64,000 nt of DNA from contig CBDFLE010000005.1 in NCBI GenBank assembly GCA_965248925.1, positions 1,952,001-2,016,000 on the forward strand. Direction: 5' to 3'. Positions 31,239 to 41,389 of this stretch are shown here, in pieces. Numbering within the stretch: position 1 is the stretch's first letter; the number at the start of each line of letters is the position of its first letter. The DNA comes from Candidatus Multivoradales bacterium (GTDB lineage Bacteria > Acidobacteriota > Thermoanaerobaculia > Multivoradales > J023). The translations under genes were made by a program, and so were the position numbers. Below the pieces are notes generated by a model that worked only from the letters and a program-made list of their open reading frames with translations, was not told where the DNA came from and did not search any database.

Positions 31239-31522
31239 CGACATTCGCACGCCACTCCCGCAAGCGCGGCACGGTTTGTGTCCCCGTCCCGACAGCGACG
31301 TTATTCTCCAGCAAGTGATTTCAATCACTTGCGACATTCGCACGCCACTCCCGCAAGCGCTCTGCAGCCAACTCCGGGCGGCCTGCGCGGCGGCCGAATG
31401 CTGCCCAGCAGCGCGGCGGGACTGGCGGCCGAACGCTGCCCAGCAGCCGATGAATTACGCCGCGGGTCCGCGAGGGATTGAAATCCCTCGCTAGGATGTA
31501 ACGTCCCTGGCGGGACGGAGAG
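31239..31522. repeat. Inverted pair of ~53-bp REP-like hairpin elements plus a 29-bp direct repeat
   Basis: 31280-31332 (-) and 31470-31522 (+) are homologous. CGACATTCGCACGCCACTCCCGCAAGCGC occurs at 31239 and 31332. Confidence 0.7.
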
Positions 31523-31650
31523 CAAGATAGCGGTTTTCGGAAATTTGGGCGATCTCCGGGAAATCCGGCCGGCCCCGGCAGGGGGGCAGATTTCGTACTA
31601 GCATTGCGGCGCGCCTGCCTGTCACCTAGTTTCTGTTGGAGAGTCTAAAT

Positions 31651-33603
31651 ATGAAGCACGTCGAGATCGCCTTCACCCTCACCCTGTCGCTACTGCTACC
31701 GCAGGCCCTGCTGACCGCCGAGCCGGCGCCGCAGCCAGCCACCAAGAACCTGCGCATTCCCCGCGATCAGGGCGAAGATCTGCTGGCCCCGCGACGCCGG
31801 AAACAGCTCGCCACCCAGGCCGACATCGCCGTCGACAGCTTCTTTCTGTTCACCGATCAGCGGCGCAAGAGCGGCATCGACTTTCACCATCGGGTGGTCG
31901 ACGATGGCGCTCGCGACTACAAGATGGTGCACTACGACCACGGCAACGGCTTGGCGGCGGCGGATGTGGACGGCGACGGCTTGCTCGACCTCTACTTCGT
32001 CAACCAGCTGGGCAGCAACCAGCTGTGGCGCAATCTCGGCGGCGGCCGCTTCGCCAACACTACCCAGGCCGCCGGGGTGGCCTTGGCCGAGCGCATCAGC
32101 GTCAGCGCCGCCTTCGCCGATATCGACAACGACGGCGACCAGGACTTGTTCGTCACCACGGTCAAGATGGGCAACGTCTTGTATCGCAACGACGGTCGCG
32201 GCCACTTCAGCAACATTACCGCCAGTGCCGGGGTGGGCTACGTCGGCCACAGTTCCGGCGCGTTGTTCTTCGACTACGACCGCGACGGCCTGCTCGACCT
32301 GCTGGTCAGCAACGTCGGCGTTTACACCTCCGCCAAACAAGGCCGCGGCGGCTACTACATCGGCCTCGCCGACGCCTTCGGTGGCCACACCCTACCCGAG
32401 CGCTTCGAGCGCAGCCTGCTTTATCGCAACTTGGGCGAGGGTCGATTTGCCGACACCAGCGAGCAAACCGGTCTGCTGGAAATGGGCTGGAATGGCGACG
32501 TCACCGCTGTCGATCTCGATCGCGACGGCTACCCCGAGGTCTACTTCACCAACATGCAGGGGGACGATCACTACTGGCACAACCAGGGTGGCAAGCGCTT
32601 CGTCGAGCGCACCGCGGCGCATTTCCCCAAGACCTCCTGGGGCGCCATGGGGGTGAAGTTCTTCGATTTCGACAACGACGATCAGCTCGACCTGCTGGTC
32701 ACCGACATGCACTCCGACATGGTCGACTTGGTGGGTCCCGAAGCAGAGAAAGAGAAATCAACCCGCGCCATGCTCGACGCCTGGCCCGCTTCTTATTTGG
32801 GCGGCGGCAGCGAAAATATCTTCGGCAACTCCTTTTACCGCAACTTGGGTGAGGGCAAATTCGAAGAGATTTCTGACCGCGTAGGAGCCGAGAACTACTG
32901 GCCCTGGGGCCTCTCCACCGGCGACCTCAACGCCGATGGCTGGCAAGACGTGTTCATCACCGCCAGCATGAACTACCAGTTCCGCTACGCCATCAACTCC
33001 CTGCTGTTGAACGAAAACGGCAAGCGCTTTCGCGACGCCGAATTCATCCTCGGCGTCGAGCCCCGCGCCGGCGAGCTGGCGGCCCTGTGGTTTGAACTCG
33101 ACTGCGCCGGCAGCGACTCCCAACACCAGCATTGCCTGGACGAAGCCAAAGCCGAACAGCCGGCCGAGCAGCTGCGCATCCTGGGCGCCTTGGGCAGCCG
33201 CTCCTCAGTGCTCTTCGACTTGGACAATGACGGCGATCTCGACATCGTTACCAACGAGTTCAACTCGCCGCCCCAGGTACTGGTCAGCGACCTGGCGGAG
33301 CAGAGCGATATCCACTACTTGAAGATCGCCCTTGAAGGCACCCGCTCCAACCGCGACGGCCTCGGCACCCGCGTGGTGCTGCACTTCGGCAAACGCCGCC
33401 TGACCCAGGTCCACGACGGCAAATCCGGCTATCTGTCGCAGAGCGCCCTTCCTCTTTACTTCGGTCTGGGCGCCGCCCAGCGCATCGACAAGATCGAAGT
33501 CCACTGGCCCTCCGGCGCGGTGCAGCAGCTCGGCGCGACCGACAAGATCAACCAGTTGCTGCTGATCCGCGAGCCGGGACCGACGGCAGCCGAAGACAAG
33601 TGA
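31651..33603 (+). CDS. CRTAC1/ASPIC-UnbV family protein with FG-GAP/VCBS repeats
   Basis: Repeated 'DxDxDGxxDL'; C-terminal 'SNRDGLG...GYLSQS...FGLG...WPSG'. Confidence 0.9.
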   Translation: MKHVEIAFTLTLSLLLPQALLTAEPAPQPATKNLRIPRDQGEDLLAPRRRKQLATQADIAVDSFFLFTDQRRKSGIDFHHRVVDDGARDYKMVHYDHGNGLAAADVDGDGLLDLYFVNQLGSNQLWRNLGGGRFANTTQAAGVALAERISVSAAFADIDNDGDQDLFVTTVKMGNVLYRNDGRGHFSNITASAGVGYVGHSSGALFFDYDRDGLLDLLVSNVGVYTSAKQGRGGYYIGLADAFGGHTLPERFERSLLYRNLGEGRFADTSEQTGLLEMGWNGDVTAVDLDRDGYPEVYFTNMQGDDHYWHNQGGKRFVERTAAHFPKTSWGAMGVKFFDFDNDDQLDLLVTDMHSDMVDLVGPEAEKEKSTRAMLDAWPASYLGGGSENIFGNSFYRNLGEGKFEEISDRVGAENYWPWGLSTGDLNADGWQDVFITASMNYQFRYAINSLLLNENGKRFRDAEFILGVEPRAGELAALWFELDCAGSDSQHQHCLDEAKAEQPAEQLRILGALGSRSSVLFDLDNDGDLDIVTNEFNSPPQVLVSDLAEQSDIHYLKIALEGTRSNRDGLGTRVVLHFGKRRLTQVHDGKSGYLSQSALPLYFGLGAAQRIDKIEVHWPSGAVQQLGATDKINQLLLIREPGPTAAEDK

Positions 33604-33679
33604 GCGACATCTAGATCAAAAACTAGCCTTCTCTGCGGTCTAAATCGGCTCTGTTTCTCGCGTTTAGTAGGTGAGCCCG

Positions 33680-35926
33680 ATGAAGATCTCCAAACAGCCT
33701 CTTGCCCATCTGGACGGAGAGCGTCCGCATTTCCTCGTCGACCACCTCGAAGCGGTCGGCGAGCTTGCGGCGCGCTATGCCGCGGTGTTTGGCGCCGCCG
33801 AGTTGGGGCGCCAGGCCGGACGCAGCCACGATCTCGGCAAAGTGCCGAAAGAGTTTCAACGCCGCCTCTATGGCGACCCTCGGCGCTTCGAGCACTCTAT
33901 CCACGGTGCCCAATACTGGATGCAGCCAAGCCGCCGCCACGGTGCCAGCCTGGTTCTCGCCGCGATGATCGCCGGCCATCACGCCGGCTTGCCCGATGTC
34001 GGTGCCGATGCCCTCGAGGGCCGTCCGCGCAACGGACTCAAGACCCGGTTGCTCAAAAAAGTCGACCTCGGCCCGGTGCTCAGCGCCCTGCCGCCAGGCT
34101 TTCTCGCCGAGCGCTCGCCGCTGCTACCGGCGCGGCTGACCCAGCACCAGGACGACCCGAAGGCCCTGCGGCGACAGCTAGAGACCTTCAGCCGTTTCTT
34201 GTTCTCCGCCCTGGTCGACGCCGACATCGTCGACACCACTGCTTTTGCCCACGGCGATGAACGTCGCCGGCTGGTGGCTAACTTCGCCCAGGTCGAGGAA
34301 CTTTCAGAGCGGCTTGATCACCATCTCGACCGGCTGGTGGCCCGCGCTACCCACAAGGGGGTATCCAAGGTCAATCGCCTGCGGGCCGAAGTTCTGGCCG
34401 CTTGCCGCGACGCTGCTGAGCTCCCTCCCGGCCTGTTCAGCCTCACCGTTCCCACCGGTGGTGGCAAGACCCTGTCGGCGATGTCGTTCGCCCTGCGACA
34501 TGCCAAACGCCACGGCCTGCGGCGGGTGATTACCGCCATCCCCTACACCAGCATCATCGAACAGAACGCCAAGATCTACATCGAGGCCCTCGGCCGCGAC
34601 CAGGTGATCGAGCATCACAGCGCCTTCGAGCCCGACAAGCTGGGCGATGAGGACGATGAACTGCGCCGCCGCCACGAGCTGGCGGCCGAAAATTGGGACG
34701 CACCAGTGGTGGTGACCACCAATGTGCAACTTTTCGAATCGCTCTTCGCCAATCGCACTTCGCGCTGCCGCAAGTTACACAACATCGCCCGCAGCGTGAT
34801 TCTGCTCGACGAGGCGCAGACGGTGCCCATCGAGCTGCTGTCACCGATCCTCGACATGCTGCGCGAGTTGGTCGAGAACTACGGCTGTTCCGTGGTTTTC
34901 GCCACCGCCACCCAACCAGCCTTCGGCCAGCGCCGGGGCTTGCCCGAGGGCCTCGCCGACATTCGTGAGATTGCCCCCGATCCCACAGCACTGGCCCGCC
35001 AGCTCGCTCGCTACGAGGTGGAATGGCGTCTTGAGGAAATCGTTACCTGGCCAGAGTTGGCCGAGGAATTGACCGACTTGCCGCAGGTCTTGTGCATCGT
35101 CCACTCGCGGGCCGACGCGCAACTGCTCGCCGAAGCGTTGGCCGATCAAGGTCAAGATGCCGAAGCCGTCGTTCACCTGTCGGCGGCAATGTGTGGAGAA
35201 CACCGCAGCGAGGTTCTCGACCGAGTCAGGCAGCGGTTAGTAGATGGCCTACCCTGCCGTCTGATCTCCACCCAACTGATCGAGGCCGGAGTCGATGTCG
35301 ACTTCCCTGTCGTCTTTCGCGCCCTGGCCGGGTTAGAGAGCCTGATCCAGGCCGCCGGACGCTGCAACCGCGAAGGCAAGCTGCCTGGCCGCGGGGGTCG
35401 CTTTGTCGTCTTCAAAGCGCCCTCCAGACCGCCGCAGGGGGTGCCCCGGCAGGGCTTGGCGATCACCCAGGGGATGCGGCACCTCGCCGAGGGTGATCTC
35501 AACACCCACGATCCGGCGATAGTCGAAAGCTATTTCCGGCGCCTCTACAGCAGCACCAAGCGCGACCCCAAGGCGATTCAGGACTATCGCTCGCGGCTTG
35601 CCTTCGCCAGCGTTGCCCACTATTTCAAGATGATCGACAGCAGCTGGTCACAGCCACTAGTAGTGCCTTGGGGCAAGAGCGCCAAGGTGGTGGCGGAAAT
35701 CAAGCGCTGGGGGCCGAATCGCGATCGGCTACGCCGCTTGCAGCGCTACACCGTCAACGCCCCCCGCCGTCACCTCACCGAGTGGCTGGCTAGCGGCATG
35801 GTGGAGCCGGTCGGCGAGGTCGTTTTCGCGGTCAGCGAAATCGGCGCCGAAAAAATGTACTCACCCCGCTGGGGACTTTCGGGGTCTACGGACATAGGAC
35901 TCGATCCCGGCGCCTTGATGGTTTAG
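33680..35926 (+). CDS. cas3: Cas3 HD nuclease-helicase
   Basis: 'HDLGK', 'GHHAGL', 'LVDAD', 'PTGGGKT', 'LDEAQ', 'QAAGRCNR'. Alternative GTG start at 33671. Confidence 0.95.
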   Translation: MKISKQPLAHLDGERPHFLVDHLEAVGELAARYAAVFGAAELGRQAGRSHDLGKVPKEFQRRLYGDPRRFEHSIHGAQYWMQPSRRHGASLVLAAMIAGHHAGLPDVGADALEGRPRNGLKTRLLKKVDLGPVLSALPPGFLAERSPLLPARLTQHQDDPKALRRQLETFSRFLFSALVDADIVDTTAFAHGDERRRLVANFAQVEELSERLDHHLDRLVARATHKGVSKVNRLRAEVLAACRDAAELPPGLFSLTVPTGGGKTLSAMSFALRHAKRHGLRRVITAIPYTSIIEQNAKIYIEALGRDQVIEHHSAFEPDKLGDEDDELRRRHELAAENWDAPVVVTTNVQLFESLFANRTSRCRKLHNIARSVILLDEAQTVPIELLSPILDMLRELVENYGCSVVFATATQPAFGQRRGLPEGLADIREIAPDPTALARQLARYEVEWRLEEIVTWPELAEELTDLPQVLCIVHSRADAQLLAEALADQGQDAEAVVHLSAAMCGEHRSEVLDRVRQRLVDGLPCRLISTQLIEAGVDVDFPVVFRALAGLESLIQAAGRCNREGKLPGRGGRFVVFKAPSRPPQGVPRQGLAITQGMRHLAEGDLNTHDPAIVESYFRRLYSSTKRDPKAIQDYRSRLAFASVAHYFKMIDSSWSQPLVVPWGKSAKVVAEIKRWGPNRDRLRRLQRYTVNAPRRHLTEWLASGMVEPVGEVVFAVSEIGAEKMYSPRWGLSGSTDIGLDPGALMV

Positions 35927-35928
35927 TC

Positions 35929-36627
35929 GTGCCCGAGGAGGAACTCGTATTGCTCAACAGCCGAAGCCCAATTCTGAAACTCCGCGCCCGCGGTCCCCTG
36001 GCCTGCTTCACCCGCCCGGAGCAGAAGGTGGAACGGGTGTCCTACGAGGTGCCCACCCCCTCGGCGGTGCGCGGCTTGGTGGAGGCGGTGCTGTGGAAGC
36101 CGGCGATTCGCTGGCAGGTACGCCGCATCCACCTACTGAAACCGGTGCGGTTCATCGCCTTTCGCCGCAACGAGGTCTCCACCAAGGCAGCCACTCCCAA
36201 GCGCCAGCTGGTGCTCGAGGGCGGCCAGCCGCCGCGTTACTACGCCGACCAGGATCGAGCGCAGCGCAACACGGTGGCATTGCGCGATGTGGACTACGTC
36301 TTCGAGATCTTCATGACTCTGACGGGGCGCGCCGGCCCGGACGACAATCTGACCAAGTTCGTCAACATGTTCGAGCGCCGAGTACGCAAAGGGCAGCACT
36401 TTCATCAGCCCTACTTCGGCTGCCGCGAAATGGTCGCCGAGGTGTTGCCGGTGGATGCCACCACCCCGCCGTCGATCGGCAGCAGCCGCGATCTGGGGTT
36501 GATGCTGTGGGATATCGACTTCGGCAGCCACGCAAATACCGCGCGCTTCTTCCACGCTCGTCTGGAGCGAGGGATCGTCGAGGTGCCGGAAGATCCCGAA
36601 GCCACCCTGCTGGAGGTGGCCTCATGA
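35929..36627 (+). CDS. cas5c: Type I-C Cas5c (Cas5d)
   Basis: 'ACFTRPE.KVERVSY..PTPSA', 'LRDVDY', 'PYFGCRE'. Confidence 0.95.
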   Translation: MPEEELVLLNSRSPILKLRARGPLACFTRPEQKVERVSYEVPTPSAVRGLVEAVLWKPAIRWQVRRIHLLKPVRFIAFRRNEVSTKAATPKRQLVLEGGQPPRYYADQDRAQRNTVALRDVDYVFEIFMTLTGRAGPDDNLTKFVNMFERRVRKGQHFHQPYFGCREMVAEVLPVDATTPPSIGSSRDLGLMLWDIDFGSHANTARFFHARLERGIVEVPEDPEATLLEVAS

Positions 36628-38447
36628 TCCTGCAAGCTCTGCACGAGTACGCCAAGCGCGAAGGGTTGGTGGCCGATCCTGACTTCGAGCTCAAGCCGAT
36701 CGCCTTCATGATCGAAGTGTCGACCGATGGCAGTCGATTCACGATTCGCCCGACCTTCACCACCCCCACCGCGAAGCCCGGCAAGAAGCCGCCGCGGCCG
36801 GTCGCCACGACCTTCGCAGTACCACGGGAGCCCAGTCGCACCAGTGGCGCCCGCGCCTTTTTTCTCTACGACAAGGCCGAGTACGTTTTCGGACTCGACC
36901 CCGACGGCAAGCGCACAGCCGCCAAGCTGGCACAGCGCGCCGAGCTTTTTCGCCAGCGGGTCGCCGCCTGCGCCGCGACCACCGGCGACCCGGCGGTCGG
37001 CGCCATCCTGTGTCTACTCGAAGACCTGGCAGCGGGCCGACAGCAGGTCGAGCTGCCCGAGGACTGCGCCTCCAACTCGCTGTTTCAGTTCTTCTGGCAT
37101 GACGACATCGACCTGCCGGTCATCGAGCGTCCGGCGGTCAAGGACTACTGGCGCCAGCTGCGCCAGCAATCGAGCGCCGATAGCGAGGTGTGCCGGTGCT
37201 TGGTGAGTGGCGAGTTGGCACGGCCGGCCAAACGCCACGGCATGCTGCGCTACGTTCCCGGCGCCAGCACTTCAGGGGTGCCATTCGTTTCTTTCAACAG
37301 CTCAGCCTTCGAGAGCTACGGTTGGAAGGGCAACGAGAACGCGCCCATCTCGCAAGGGGTGGCCGACAGCTACGTTGCAGCTCTGCGCCGGTTGCTACAT
37401 CCGGCCCCACCCAATCCCAAGAATCCCAGCAACAACCTGGCGCCGCAAAACTACCGCCTGTCCGGTGACACCGTAGTCGCCTTCTGGACCCACAACCCTG
37501 CCGGCGATGTGATCCTCGGCCTACTCGACGCCCAGCCCGAGGAGGTTGGAGCCGTCTATCGATCGGTGTGGCAAGGCAAAGCACCACAGCTCGACGGACC
37601 CGAAGACTTTTTCGCCCTCACCTTGACCGGCGCCCAGGGCCGGCCAATCACCCGCGGTTGGTTCCGTTCGACAGTAAGTGAAGTTCTCCATCACCTGGCC
37701 ACCCATTTCGGCGACCTCGACTTGGTGCGCCTGACGCCACCGCCAAAGAAAGGTGGCCACCCGCCGGCCTACCCATTGCGTCAAGTTCTGCGCGCTCTGG
37801 CACCCCTCGGCAAGAGCGATCAGGTACCGGCAGCACTGGGTCAGCAGATCTTCCAGGCAGCGCTCGGCGGCACCCCCTACCCCTTCTCGGCCTTGCAGCG
37901 CGCCGTGCTGCGCGAACGCGCTGAGATTTCCCGCGATGGCTGGACCGACCTCGACCGTCGCGACGCCCGCCGAGCATTGATCAAGGCAATCCTTGAGCGC
38001 CGCCGCCGCCTCGGCAAGAACCTTCAAACCTATCCGGAGCTAAAGAAAAAGATGGACCCACAAAACACCAGTCCCGGCTACCTGCTCGGCCGTCTGATGG
38101 CGGTGATCGAACGGTTGCAGCAAGAGGCCCTCGGTGACGTCAACGCCTCGGTGGTCGACCGCTTCTTCGGTTCAGCCTCGGCAACTCCCGCGGCGGTTTT
38201 CCCGCGGTTACTAAAGAACGCCCGCCATCACGCCCGCAAGGCCAAAGACACCAGCCGCAAAGGCTTCACAATCCATCTCGAAAGATTGCTCGATCAGATT
38301 GCCGATCGCTTTGATCCTGCCGATGGTTTTCCAAGCGCTCTCGACTTGGAGTCGCAGGGACTATTCATGCTCGGCTATCACCAACAACGCAAAGACTTCT
38401 TTACCAAAAAAGAGACAACCACCGATTCCGCCACCGCGGACGCTTAG
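36624..38447 (+). CDS. cas8c: Type I-C Cas8c/Csd1
   Basis: 'MILQALHEY', 'CLVSG', 'VSFN..AFESYG', 'YLLGRL', 'FMLGYHQQ'; ATGA overlap with cas5. Confidence 0.93.
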   Translation: MILQALHEYAKREGLVADPDFELKPIAFMIEVSTDGSRFTIRPTFTTPTAKPGKKPPRPVATTFAVPREPSRTSGARAFFLYDKAEYVFGLDPDGKRTAAKLAQRAELFRQRVAACAATTGDPAVGAILCLLEDLAAGRQQVELPEDCASNSLFQFFWHDDIDLPVIERPAVKDYWRQLRQQSSADSEVCRCLVSGELARPAKRHGMLRYVPGASTSGVPFVSFNSSAFESYGWKGNENAPISQGVADSYVAALRRLLHPAPPNPKNPSNNLAPQNYRLSGDTVVAFWTHNPAGDVILGLLDAQPEEVGAVYRSVWQGKAPQLDGPEDFFALTLTGAQGRPITRGWFRSTVSEVLHHLATHFGDLDLVRLTPPPKKGGHPPAYPLRQVLRALAPLGKSDQVPAALGQQIFQAALGGTPYPFSALQRAVLRERAEISRDGWTDLDRRDARRALIKAILERRRRLGKNLQTYPELKKKMDPQNTSPGYLLGRLMAVIERLQQEALGDVNASVVDRFFGSASATPAAVFPRLLKNARHHARKAKDTSRKGFTIHLERLLDQIADRFDPADGFPSALDLESQGLFMLGYHQQRKDFFTKKETTTDSATADA

Positions 38448-38464
38448 ATTCAAAGGAATATCCC

Positions 38465-39385
38465 ATGAGCCCTAACAACGGACACCCGATCCCCAGCCGC
38501 TACGACTTCGTCCTCCTCTTCGACGTAAAAGACGGCAATCCCAATGGCGACCCCGACGCCGGCAATGCCGCCCGCGTGGATCCGGAAACCCAACATGGCC
38601 TGGTCTCAGATGTCGCCCTGAAACGCAAGATCCGCAATTTTGTCACCCTGGACAAGACCGACTTCGACAGCGCCGAGCCGGCATCCGGTTACGACATCTA
38701 CATCAAGCATCGCGGGGTACTCGAGCAGCAGCATCTGGCGGCCTACAAAGCGCTGGAACTCGATCCCAAGGCCAAAGGCAAAGACAAGGCATCCTCCAAT
38801 GTCGACCAGGCTCGGCGGTGGATGTGCCAGACCTTCTACGACGTGCGCACCTTCGGCGCGGTGATGTCCACCGGCATCAACTGCGGCCAGGTCCGCGGTC
38901 CGGTGCAGCTGACTTTTTCGCGTTCCGTCGATCCAATCTCTCAGCTCGAACAATCGATCACCCGCAAGGCGGTGACGACCCAGAAAGAAGCCGACAAGCA
39001 GATCGAAAAGCACGGCATGGTCACCGGCACCATGGGGCGCAAAGAGATCGTGCCCTACGGTCTCTACCGCGCCCACGGCTTCATCAGCCCGCACTTGGCG
39101 CGGGACACGGGATTCAACCAAGCCGATCTCGACCTGCTGTGGCGCGCTTTGGAGATGATGTTCGAACACGACCGTTCGGCCAGCCGCGGCGAGATGGCGA
39201 CCCGCAAGCTGGTGGTGTTCGAGCATCAGAGCCCGCTCGGCAATGCACCGGCCCACCGCCTTTTCGAGCGCGTCACCGCCCAACGCGCCGACCCGGCCAA
39301 GCCACCGCGAGCCTACGGTGACTACCAAATCTCCGTTGACTCGAGCGACCTGCCCGCCGGCATCACCCTGCACGAAAGACTGTGA
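38465..39385 (+). CDS. cas7c: Type I-C Cas7/Csd2
   Basis: 'RYDFVLLFDVKDGNPNGDPDAGN', 'DVRTFGAV', 'TMGRK', 'DRSASRGEM'. Confidence 0.96.
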   Translation: MSPNNGHPIPSRYDFVLLFDVKDGNPNGDPDAGNAARVDPETQHGLVSDVALKRKIRNFVTLDKTDFDSAEPASGYDIYIKHRGVLEQQHLAAYKALELDPKAKGKDKASSNVDQARRWMCQTFYDVRTFGAVMSTGINCGQVRGPVQLTFSRSVDPISQLEQSITRKAVTTQKEADKQIEKHGMVTGTMGRKEIVPYGLYRAHGFISPHLARDTGFNQADLDLLWRALEMMFEHDRSASRGEMATRKLVVFEHQSPLGNAPAHRLFERVTAQRADPAKPPRAYGDYQISVDSSDLPAGITLHERL

Positions 39386-39857
39386 ATCCTTGAGCCCCTA
39401 TCCCGAGGACGCCCTGCTGCCGATCTCGGCCTTGCAGCACCTGATCTTCTGCGAGCGGCAGTGCGCGTTAATTCACCTGGAGCGGCAGTGGGCCGACAAC
39501 GTGCTCACCCTAGAAGGCTCGTTGCAACACCGCCGGGTCGACCGCGACGGGCCCAGGCTAGAACAGCAGGGGGAGCTGCGCATCGCCCGATCCATGGCCT
39601 TGCGCAGCCTGCGCTGGGGGCTGACCGGCTATGCCGATGTAGTTGAGTTGCATCCCGAGCCGGAGGGTGCTCGGCTAGCGGGTCTCAAGGGCCGCTGGCG
39701 ACCCCTGCCCGTAGAGCACAAGCGGGGACGGCCCAAGGCTGGCGACGCCGACCGGGTGCAGCTTTGCGCCCAAGCTCTGTGCCTGGAAGAGATGCTCGAA
39801 GTCGAGGTTTCGAGCGGCGGAATGTGTCAATGAAAGTGAGACACTTTCTTCTGGGAA

Positions 39858-40979
39858 TTAGTACGGAATCGGTAGTGGCTCCGGCACCATCGCTTTCAGC
39901 GAGGGCGCGCAGCCAGGGGTCTCGCCTGGTGCGTCGTTGTGTACGCGGTGTGTCACTACGTTCTCGGTATCGACTGGGTCAGTGCTGGCGGCGGTGGTCG
40001 GCGGGTTGATCCAGACCTTGTCACTGGGCTCCGGCAAAGCCGGCGCTCGCCGCTTGAAGCGGCTTGGATGAGCGGCTGAGGCGGCGGCGAGGACTTCTCG
40101 ACGTTGCTCCAGTACTGAGGCCGTGAGGCCGTAGTGGACGGTCTCTGGCGTCAACAAGCCGAGTCCTGTGTGGTAGTGCTGCGTGTTGTACCAGCCGATG
40201 AACGAGCGGCAGAATGCTCGTGCATCTTCCAGTGATCCGAAGCGGTCGGGAAAGCTCGGATGGTACTTGAGCGTCTTGAACTGGGCCTCAGAGAACGGAT
40301 TGTCGTTGCTCGTGTAGGGCCGGTTCAGCGACCGTGTCATCCCGAGATCGGCCAGCAGTAGAGCCACTGGCTTGGATGTCATGCTCGAACCGCGGTCCGA
40401 GTGCAAGGTAAGTCGATCTCGCTCAACACCTTGCTTCTCAACACTGTCGGCGATCAACCGCTTCGCGAGCCCTCCGGACTCGCGGCAGGCGAGCATCCAG
40501 CCGACGATGTAGCGGCTGAAGACGTCCAGAATTACGTAAAGGTAGTAGTGGGTCCACTTCACCGGGCCCTTGAGCTTGGTGATGTCCCACGACCACACCT
40601 CGTTCGGCCCTGTGGCCAGCAGTTCGGGCTTGGTGTAGTTGGGATGACGCCGCTGACGGCGTCGCTCGCGCAGCTCGCCCTCAGACTCCAGGACCCGGTA
40701 CATGGTGCGCACCGAGCAGATATGGCGCTGATCCTCGTCCAGCAGCGCCGCCCAGACTTGACGCGGCGAGCGGTCGACGAAGCGCTCCGAGTGCAACACA
40801 TCGAGGACCTCCTGGCGTTCAGCGGGCGTCAATGCCAGCGGCGGTCGAGGCCGCGTTGATAGCTGCGGCCCTGCGCTCTGCTGCCGACGGCGGCGATAGA
40901 AAGTGGCTCTGGGGACCGCCAAGGCGACGCAGGCTGCTTGCACCCCCACCGTCTCGGCCAGCGGCGCCACAGCGCTCAT
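39858..40979 (-). CDS. IS3-family transposase OrfB (DDE)
   Basis: 'PNEVWSWDITKL', 'HSDRGS', 'SNDNPFSE..FKTLK', 'WYN..H'. Confidence 0.92.
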   Translation of the reverse strand: MSAVAPLAETVGVQAACVALAVPRATFYRRRRQQSAGPQLSTRPRPPLALTPAERQEVLDVLHSERFVDRSPRQVWAALLDEDQRHICSVRTMYRVLESEGELRERRRQRRHPNYTKPELLATGPNEVWSWDITKLKGPVKWTHYYLYVILDVFSRYIVGWMLACRESGGLAKRLIADSVEKQGVERDRLTLHSDRGSSMTSKPVALLLADLGMTRSLNRPYTSNDNPFSEAQFKTLKYHPSFPDRFGSLEDARAFCRSFIGWYNTQHYHTGLGLLTPETVHYGLTASVLEQRREVLAAASAAHPSRFKRRAPALPEPSDKVWINPPTTAASTDPVDTENVVTHRVHNDAPGETPGCAPSLKAMVPEPLPIPY

Positions 40980-41389
40980 GGCTGGCTCTCGCTCGGCTCG
41001 ATCCCTAGCAGCCGGGAAAGTTTTTTTTGGACATCGATGATCGTCTCGGCTTTGTACAGCTGATGCTTGAGCCGGGCATTCTCACGCTCAAGCTCCGCGA
41101 CGCGGCGGGCCTCGGCAGAGACCGGTCGACGCTTGCGACCGCGCTTCTTCGACAGACCGGCCAGAGCACTGGCATCGCGTTGCTGGCGCCACTTCGATAG
41201 GAGTGAGGAATACAGACCCTCCCGGCGAAGCAGGGCGCCAATCTCGCCGGCTTTGCTACAGGCGTCGGCGGCCTGGACGATGCTCAGCTTGTACGACGCG
41301 CTGTACCGCCGCCGCTTCGCCTTCTCAGTTACCTCGGGATCTGGTCGGTCAGCACTCATATCTCGCAGCTCGTGGCTTGGACTCGCCAT
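40976..41389 (-). CDS. IS3-family transposase OrfA
   Basis: 'RRRYSASYKL..V...LRREGLYSS.L..W', coiled coil, and an A8 slippery run near the end. Confidence 0.88.
   Translation of the reverse strand: MASPSHELRDMSADRPDPEVTEKAKRRRYSASYKLSIVQAADACSKAGEIGALLRREGLYSSLLSKWRQQRDASALAGLSKKRGRKRRPVSAEARRVAELERENARLKHQLYKAETIIDVQKKLSRLLGIEPSESQP

Noticed and set aside
31239-31360. Mini-CRISPR (CreA/CreR-like) formed by the 29-bp direct repeat
   Set aside because: The repeat is unrelated to the array repeat, and the 64-nt interval is itself a REP-like hairpin.
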